From Nitrososphaerota archaeon (GTDB lineage Archaea > Thermoproteota > Nitrososphaeria_A > Caldarchaeales > Calditenuaceae): 24,000 bases of DNA. The DNA is taken from assembly GCA_041641295.1 (NCBI GenBank), contig JBEPYO010000001.1, forward strand, positions 1,102,808 through 1,126,807, given 5' to 3'. Numbering within the stretch: the stretch's first letter is position 1; the number at the start of each line of letters is the position of its first letter. Of the stretch, positions 21,954 to 24,000 are shown one piece after another. A model generated the notes under the pieces. That model saw only the letters and a program-made list of their open reading frames with translations. It was not told the DNA's origin and did not search any database. Position numbers and translations under genes: made by a program.

Positions 21954-24000
21954 ATGCCCGATAATAGTGGGCATAGTAAGTTAGGTGCGTTGAATGCGGC
22001 GAAGGTTGCTCTGCTGGTAGCGATGCTGATAGTGCCTGCTGTGCTGGTTGCAGTGCCAGTGATTCAGGCACAGACAACATACTCGGCCTGGCTGAAGCTG
22101 GTGACGACAAGCTGGAACGGACAGCCCTGTATAGCTGGCGGTACTCCTGCATGTGTTGGTGCGACTACTGGTTTTGCCGACAGGTATAATCTGACGGCGA
22201 ATTGGTATTGGGTTGAGGTGTATCATGAGAAGAGGGGAGCGCCGTTTAACGATGTTGTCTTTGCTGGGAAGTTCTATCCGAACGGTACAGGCTTTGTGCT
22301 GATTAGCTGGCCTGTGGATTGGCCTAACGTTACTGTTGTTGTGAAGGCTAAGAGCTATGATGGGACAGAGATCGGTGCAGGGACACTCTACGATGGAATA
22401 ATCGTGTACATGCTAGTGATCAACCCGACAGATGTCTATCTGAATGCGAAAACAGGATCAGGCTGGGGTGGCTTCTATTCGAGAATCATTGACATGACAG
22501 GTACTATCACTTCCTACCCCTTCTATAGGCCGACTGCTGCTGGCCCGGTTAACTTTGTGAGGATCTGGCCAAAAAGCTTCGCAGGGAATCATAGCCACCC
22601 TACCGCTGCCGATGCTTGGGTCGCTAACTCTTCAGTCATCTTCAAGCCCTTCCACGTTCACACATGGTACAGCGTCCTTGACAACCTGAGCTACGCCCAG
22701 GTAAAGATCTATGATATTAACCACACGGCCGCCGATAGTAGCGCCTCACTGCTCAGGGCGTTCGTTACTAAGGGTGATGGTAGCGGAAATAGCTTATACG
22801 ACCCGAGGACTACTGGCGAGATGTTCCCGGTCTACGGGACTAGGTGGAGGGATAACGAGCTCGTACCAATACCACTCCAAGCAATAAACCTCAACGCCAA
22901 GAGACCCTACAGTCAGAATTTACCAAGAGGTGGTGTAACTACTTATGCCCACCTTAACGCCACTGTAAGAGTGTGGTGGGAATCAGTACTGGTAAACACG
23001 ACATTCTACGTAGGGCCAGACCTAGCACAACCCAACCAGCTGGTAACTGTCAACTCAGGGCCGCCTCCAGTGGTCTATCCAGGTAACGACTTCCAATCAG
23101 CACAATTACCAACTATGCAGTCCCTCAGCATATATTACAACCACACTACACCAGTAAATCCTGCGGCTAGGCTGTATGACTATCTTAACGCCACCGTCTT
23201 CTACTGGAGGTGCGGCGCACGGGACGACGACCTACTCGTAAACGGCACCGACACATCCATTGGATGGGTCGGTTCCGCCCTATTCGACGCCCAGTGCATC
23301 GTCAACCTCAGAGACAAGAACTCGAATGTCTATCACACGCTACATGAGAGGGGTTCAACAGGACAAAGATGGGAAGTATCATCCACGCAGCTCACAGACT
23401 ACTATGCCTTATCTGATGATCCGCACGATTGGTCCGGATATCTCTCAGCATTTAGAGGATATCTTAGGGCTCCAAACGCTACTATGTGGACAGGCCTTTA
23501 CACCAAGTTCGCTGGAGTTACGATTGATGGGACAAGCGCGGCGGGCCTCATCTATGTCTCCAAATACTACAGCGGTACAGCCGACCTCACCCAAGACCCA
23601 TCACTAGTAGCCGTCAACGACTACCTCAAGACTAGGAGTATTGCAGACGACCCAGGCCCCTACAGGGGCATAAGACTCGAAGTCCAGTACGCAGGAGGCT
23701 ACAAGAACCTTTACGGAGGCCTCAAACAAACAGTAGGAGTCTACACACTACAAAACATATACCTAATTGCACTAAAGGATACTACACCTGCACCCGGTTG
23801 GGTAGACCCATTCGCCACAGCCATATCAGGCAACTACCCAGAAATACTCACGCCCTCTCCACTACGACAGATTAGGCTGGGTACCTCCGAGAACGGTGGG
23901 CCAATAGCCGGAATAGTCGATAGCAATACAGTAGAAAATGTTCCTAACCCCCCCGGTTCAGATAGGACCTTCGAGCGGGATGGTAAGCTGCTTGTCGTTG
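21954..24000 (+). CDS. Large secreted surface glycoprotein, putative S-layer protein precursor (3' end outside the window)
   Basis: The frame (positions = 0 mod 3) is continuously open from the stop at 21897-21899 to the window end, so it is missing from the ORF track. Signal peptide ...KLGALNAAKVALLVAMLIVPAVLVAVPVIQA/QT. About 13 N-x-S/T sequons occur in ~670 aa (NLT, NGT, NVT, NHS, NSS, NLS, NHT, NAT, NTT, NHT, NAT, NGT, NAT). Rich in aromatics, Thr, Asn and Gly. Alternative starts are ATG 21915 and TTG 21990. Confidence 0.7.
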   Translation, partial: MPDNSGHSKLGALNAAKVALLVAMLIVPAVLVAVPVIQAQTTYSAWLKLVTTSWNGQPCIAGGTPACVGATTGFADRYNLTANWYWVEVYHEKRGAPFNDVVFAGKFYPNGTGFVLISWPVDWPNVTVVVKAKSYDGTEIGAGTLYDGIIVYMLVINPTDVYLNAKTGSGWGGFYSRIIDMTGTITSYPFYRPTAAGPVNFVRIWPKSFAGNHSHPTAADAWVANSSVIFKPFHVHTWYSVLDNLSYAQVKIYDINHTAADSSASLLRAFVTKGDGSGNSLYDPRTTGEMFPVYGTRWRDNELVPIPLQAINLNAKRPYSQNLPRGGVTTYAHLNATVRVWWESVLVNTTFYVGPDLAQPNQLVTVNSGPPPVVYPGNDFQSAQLPTMQSLSIYYNHTTPVNPAARLYDYLNATVFYWRCGARDDDLLVNGTDTSIGWVGSALFDAQCIVNLRDKNSNVYHTLHERGSTGQRWEVSSTQLTDYYALSDDPHDWSGYLSAFRGYLRAPNATMWTGLYTKFAGVTIDGTSAAGLIYVSKYYSGTADLTQDPSLVAVNDYLKTRSIADDPGPYRGIRLEVQYAGGYKNLYGGLKQTVGVYTLQNIYLIALKDTTPAPGWVDPFATAISGNYPEILTPSPLRQIRLGTSENGGPIAGIVDSNTVENVPNPPGSDRTFERDGKLLVV

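Noticed and set aside
1-24000. Search for CRISPR arrays, rRNA genes, intact IS elements or transposases, and toxin-antitoxin pairs.
   Set aside because: By eye I found no regularly spaced 24-40-bp repeats, no rRNA-like conserved segments, no transposase motifs (DDE, IS200/IS605 TnpA/TnpB) and no small paired ORFs.

Overview
Archaeal chromosome segment of crenarchaeal (Thermoprotei) type. The evidence is Rpo4/F, L21e, Pus10, an intron-containing tRNA, TATA-box promoters placed about 25-30 nt before start codons, and a split methylmalonyl-CoA mutase. The left third (1-6.2 kb) holds conserved housekeeping genes on the minus strand: the rpl21e-rpo4-DUF655-ksgA operon, pus10 and srp54, plus an orphan MalK-like ABC ATPase and the tail of an aminotransferase. 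The stretch from srp54 to an intron-containing tRNA-Ile(GAU) (6.2-10.8 kb) looks accessory. It contains a ~1.3 kb remnant of an integrated element (20-bp direct repeats, a membrane-anchored thermonuclease, a frameshifted and truncated tyrosine integrase), an OFA-type MFS transporter, and a free-standing I-DmoI-like LAGLIDADG endonuclease homologue with two N-terminal HTH modules that ends 3 nt from the tRNA. Next come meaB and the split methylmalonyl-CoA mutase, then a low-GC TerC gene. After that is an uncharacterised co-directional three-gene cluster: a protein-kinase-like protein followed by two tandem paralogous Pol-beta-type nucleotidyltransferases. This cluster is my best candidate for an undescribed system. 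The right end holds PmbA/TldE, a PAE2307-type adenosine-specific-kinase family protein, a small EamA protein, and an extremely G+T-rich 210-bp intergenic tract. It finishes with the 5' ~2 kb of a large secreted protein rich in N-glycosylation sequons (putative S-layer or surface glycoprotein), which runs off the window. No rRNA, CRISPR array or intact IS element was seen. All functional calls rest on motif recognition by eye; no database search was possible.
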